Part shown: piece by piece, positions 62,289-64,000 of the stretch
Layout of the letters: every line of letters starts with the position of its first letter
How positions within the stretch are numbered: the stretch's first letter is position 1
Origin: Candidatus Dojkabacteria bacterium
GTDB taxonomy: Bacteria > Patescibacteriota > Dojkabacteria > B142 > JAFGFJ01
Length of the DNA: 64,000 nucleotides
Assembly (NCBI GenBank): GCA_016931155.1
Contig: JAFGFJ010000006.1
Coordinates: 77,115 to 141,114, forward strand
Reading direction: 5' to 3'
Made by a program: the position numbers and the translations under genes
The notes under the pieces: model-generated
Told to the model about the DNA's origin: nothing
Database searches by the model: none
Seen by the model: only the letters and a program-made list of their open reading frames with translations

Positions 62289-62562
62289 TTTTCGAATTTA
62301 ATAAATATTTTTTGGTAAACTTTCTACTTGGGACTATTGTTTTTAAGAAAACTACATCATCTCTGATCACATAAGGGACGAAATAAGCGTAATTTTCAAT
62401 ATCAACTACAAAACAATTTTGATGAGAATACTTTACTTTATTTGGATGCTTTCCTTCAAATAGTATTCTTTTCTCCTCAATAGCTAGCTCCACTTGCTCG
62501 AAACTAATATTTCGATTTTTAATCAGCCACCTATTCTTTTCATCATTCCAATCTAATATCAT
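62275..62562 (-). CDS. BrnT-family (DUF497-like) toxin
   Basis: WNDEKNRWLIKNRNISFE...HPN..KY..Q...YFVPYV...FLKTIVPSRK. Confidence 0.85.
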   Translation of the reverse strand: MILDWNDEKNRWLIKNRNISFEQVELAIEEKRILFEGKHPNKVKYSHQNCFVVDIENYAYFVPYVIRDDVVFLKTIVPSRKFTKKYLLNSKNEKF

Positions 62563-62571
62563 TAGTTTGTG

Positions 62572-62587
62572 TACTACTTTCGTAGTA
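62572..62587. promoter_or_regulatory. Palindromic operator overlapping the TA promoter
   Basis: tactac-tttc-gtagta overlapping an extended -10 (TGaTATACT, minus strand). Confidence 0.55.
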
Positions 62588-62693
62588 TATCATAAATTGA
62601 AGCAGAAAAGAAAGTTAGAATTTAATAGTTCAATATATTATTTGTTAAATGTAGAATTAATTCAGGTGATTTATAGAATTTTGCCCAATCAAT

Positions 62694-62720
62694 AGTTCTA
62701 ACTTCGTCCCATAATGGGAG
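62694..62720 (+). repeat. 27-bp direct repeat copy 1 (att-like, followed by CCA)
   Basis: agttctaacttcgtcccataatgggag, identical to 63140-63166. Confidence 0.93.
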
Positions 62721-62749
62721 CCAAGAAATTTGTTCAATAGGAATCTGTA

Positions 62750-63139
62750 GTGAAAAATACTTCAAAGCGATCTTTCAAAAAAAATCTGTTGCAAAATTTA
62801 AAACGAGCTTCTAGCAGGATTTCTTCGTTTAATACCTCAATAGTAAAAAATCTAGCAAATAAAGAAAAAGAGACCTTTGAACAGTTATTTTTTTTGGCTG
62901 GGGTATGTGTTGGTTTCTTCTTGAATTTAACTGCATCAATTATGTACGAACTTATTAGACACTCGATAGTATTACAGATCGGAGTCTTAATTGTGTCCAT
63001 GGTGTCTATAGTCGGTACTGTATATTTAATAAATAAAATGTATATTAAACCCTATAAAGCTTTGTTGGAAATTAGCAAAAGTACTAAAAATCTTGAAGAA
63101 GAGATTAATCATATGGTTAAAGAGACTAAGGAAATATGA
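62750..63139 (+). CDS. Small two-TM hypothetical protein bounded by the direct repeats
   Basis: GTG start after agga, two hydrophobic helices, TGA abuts repeat copy 2. Confidence 0.65.
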   Translation: MKNTSKRSFKKNLLQNLKRASSRISSFNTSIVKNLANKEKETFEQLFFLAGVCVGFFLNLTASIMYELIRHSIVLQIGVLIVSMVSIVGTVYLINKMYIKPYKALLEISKSTKNLEEEINHMVKETKEI

Positions 63140-63166
63140 AGTTCTAACTTCGTCCCATAATGGGAG
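63140..63166 (+). repeat. 27-bp direct repeat copy 2
   Basis: agttctaacttcgtcccataatgggag. Confidence 0.93.
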
Positions 63167-63264
63167 TTCATAACTTGAGTAAACATTTTCAGATTACACA
63201 CTACTGCACATTCAAACCTATATTCTTTCTGCAACAGTGCTGAGAGAAAGTTGGCTTAAACTTT

Positions 63265-63999
63265 TTATCCGATCTCGTGTACCAGTTCTGAATAAACAAC
63301 GCCAGCGTCAGGTTTTATAACCACATTTATTGAAGAGCCTTCATTGGTCACAGATAGTCTTACCTCATCTATATCAACCTGCTGCCTAATTAATTCTTCC
63401 ACTAATCGCATTTGAAGATCAGGACTTGTTATCCACCCGCCTACTAACCGACTTTTAAGCTTTGTTTTGTCAATACCATATTTTTCAATTAGACCATTTT
63501 TCTGCCTAGATAAGATTTCCTCCGCACTCTGTCCATCATCCATATGTGTAATTGCTCGCGCGATATTTCCATTTCTTCCTTTACCATAACTTATTACTAC
63601 CACACAAGGTTCTACACCCTTAGTAACTACCTCCTCTTCTTGATCATCTGTAAAATAGGTGTCTTTTTGACCTACAATATGCCCTTTAATTTTTTCAATT
63701 ACAGCACTATCGACTTCTCTTATATTTCTTGCAAAAGTTTTCTCTTTTAATAATTCAGTAAATTCCTTTCTTTTTATTAATGAATCAGTAGCATCATCAA
63801 GCATTTTTTTGTCGGGAGTGAAATTAAACCTGGGTGACCTATTAATTAAGCCTAAACCATCTTCATCCTTAAACAAATCCTTGAATGAATTTATGATTAA
63901 GGAAGGTGGATGTATTGTTCTGAACGTAATGCTATCAGAATCATCTTCTATTATTAACTCAAATTCTGCTTCAGAGCTGTCCTCTATTGCCTTTTTAAA
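63265..63999 (-). CDS. Protein with CheD/YfiH/CNF1-like deamidase-fold motifs (5' end likely beyond the window)
   Basis: VTKGVEPCVVVISY...ITHMD and RLVGG resemble CheD GSCVxV...H and KxxGG; frame is open to the window edge. Confidence 0.6.
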   Translation of the reverse strand, partial: FKKAIEDSSEAEFELIIEDDSDSITFRTIHPPSLIINSFKDLFKDEDGLGLINRSPRFNFTPDKKMLDDATDSLIKRKEFTELLKEKTFARNIREVDSAVIEKIKGHIVGQKDTYFTDDQEEEVVTKGVEPCVVVISYGKGRNGNIARAITHMDDGQSAEEILSRQKNGLIEKYGIDKTKLKSRLVGGWITSPDLQMRLVEELIRQQVDIDEVRLSVTNEGSSINVVIKPDAGVVYSELVHEIG

Positions 64000-64000
64000 A

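Noticed and set aside
62694-63166. Direct repeats as a CRISPR array or integron attC sites
   Set aside because: Only two copies with a 419-bp gene-containing spacer and no cas genes; TTCTAAC is present but there is no matching GTTRRRY box or attC hairpin
1-64000. Alternative genetic code (TGA read as Gly) and the many short ORFs overlapping housekeeping genes
   Set aside because: Conserved genes are full length in code 11 and several end in TGA; the short ORFs are antisense or off-frame shadows

Overview
Low-GC bacterial chromosomal segment in the standard genetic code (TGA used as stop). The gene mix (short IF2, degenerate DHH protein, cupin-type PGI, membrane-anchored MurF with FemAB, two sortases, many cell-surface proteins, few biosynthetic genes) suggests a Patescibacteria/CPR organism; this is inference only. 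Most of the window is housekeeping: pcrA/uvrD, argS, dnaG, ftsK, ahcY, comM, def, HU, tsaC, serS, dnaJ, infB, adk, trmD, trxA, rpsO, ftsQAZ and rpoD, plus envelope and stress genes. Features not in the ORF track: a serine T-box riboswitch with an atypical Stem I ahead of serS, tRNA-Glu(CTC), tRNA-Asn(GTT), a 51-aa histone-H1-like Lys-rich gene, a YafQ-type toxin remnant, a Mn-type sod gene split at a U-UUU-UUU tract, and many apparently leaderless genes. The best candidate for an undescribed system is at the right end. Downstream of tRNA-Asn, an integrase-free AT-rich array (BrnT-type TA pair, one small gene, a CheD-fold gene) is punctuated by two identical 27-bp direct repeats that mimic the tRNA 3' end, resembling a tRNA-anchored gene-cassette array. 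All calls come from reading motifs by eye; no database searches were run.
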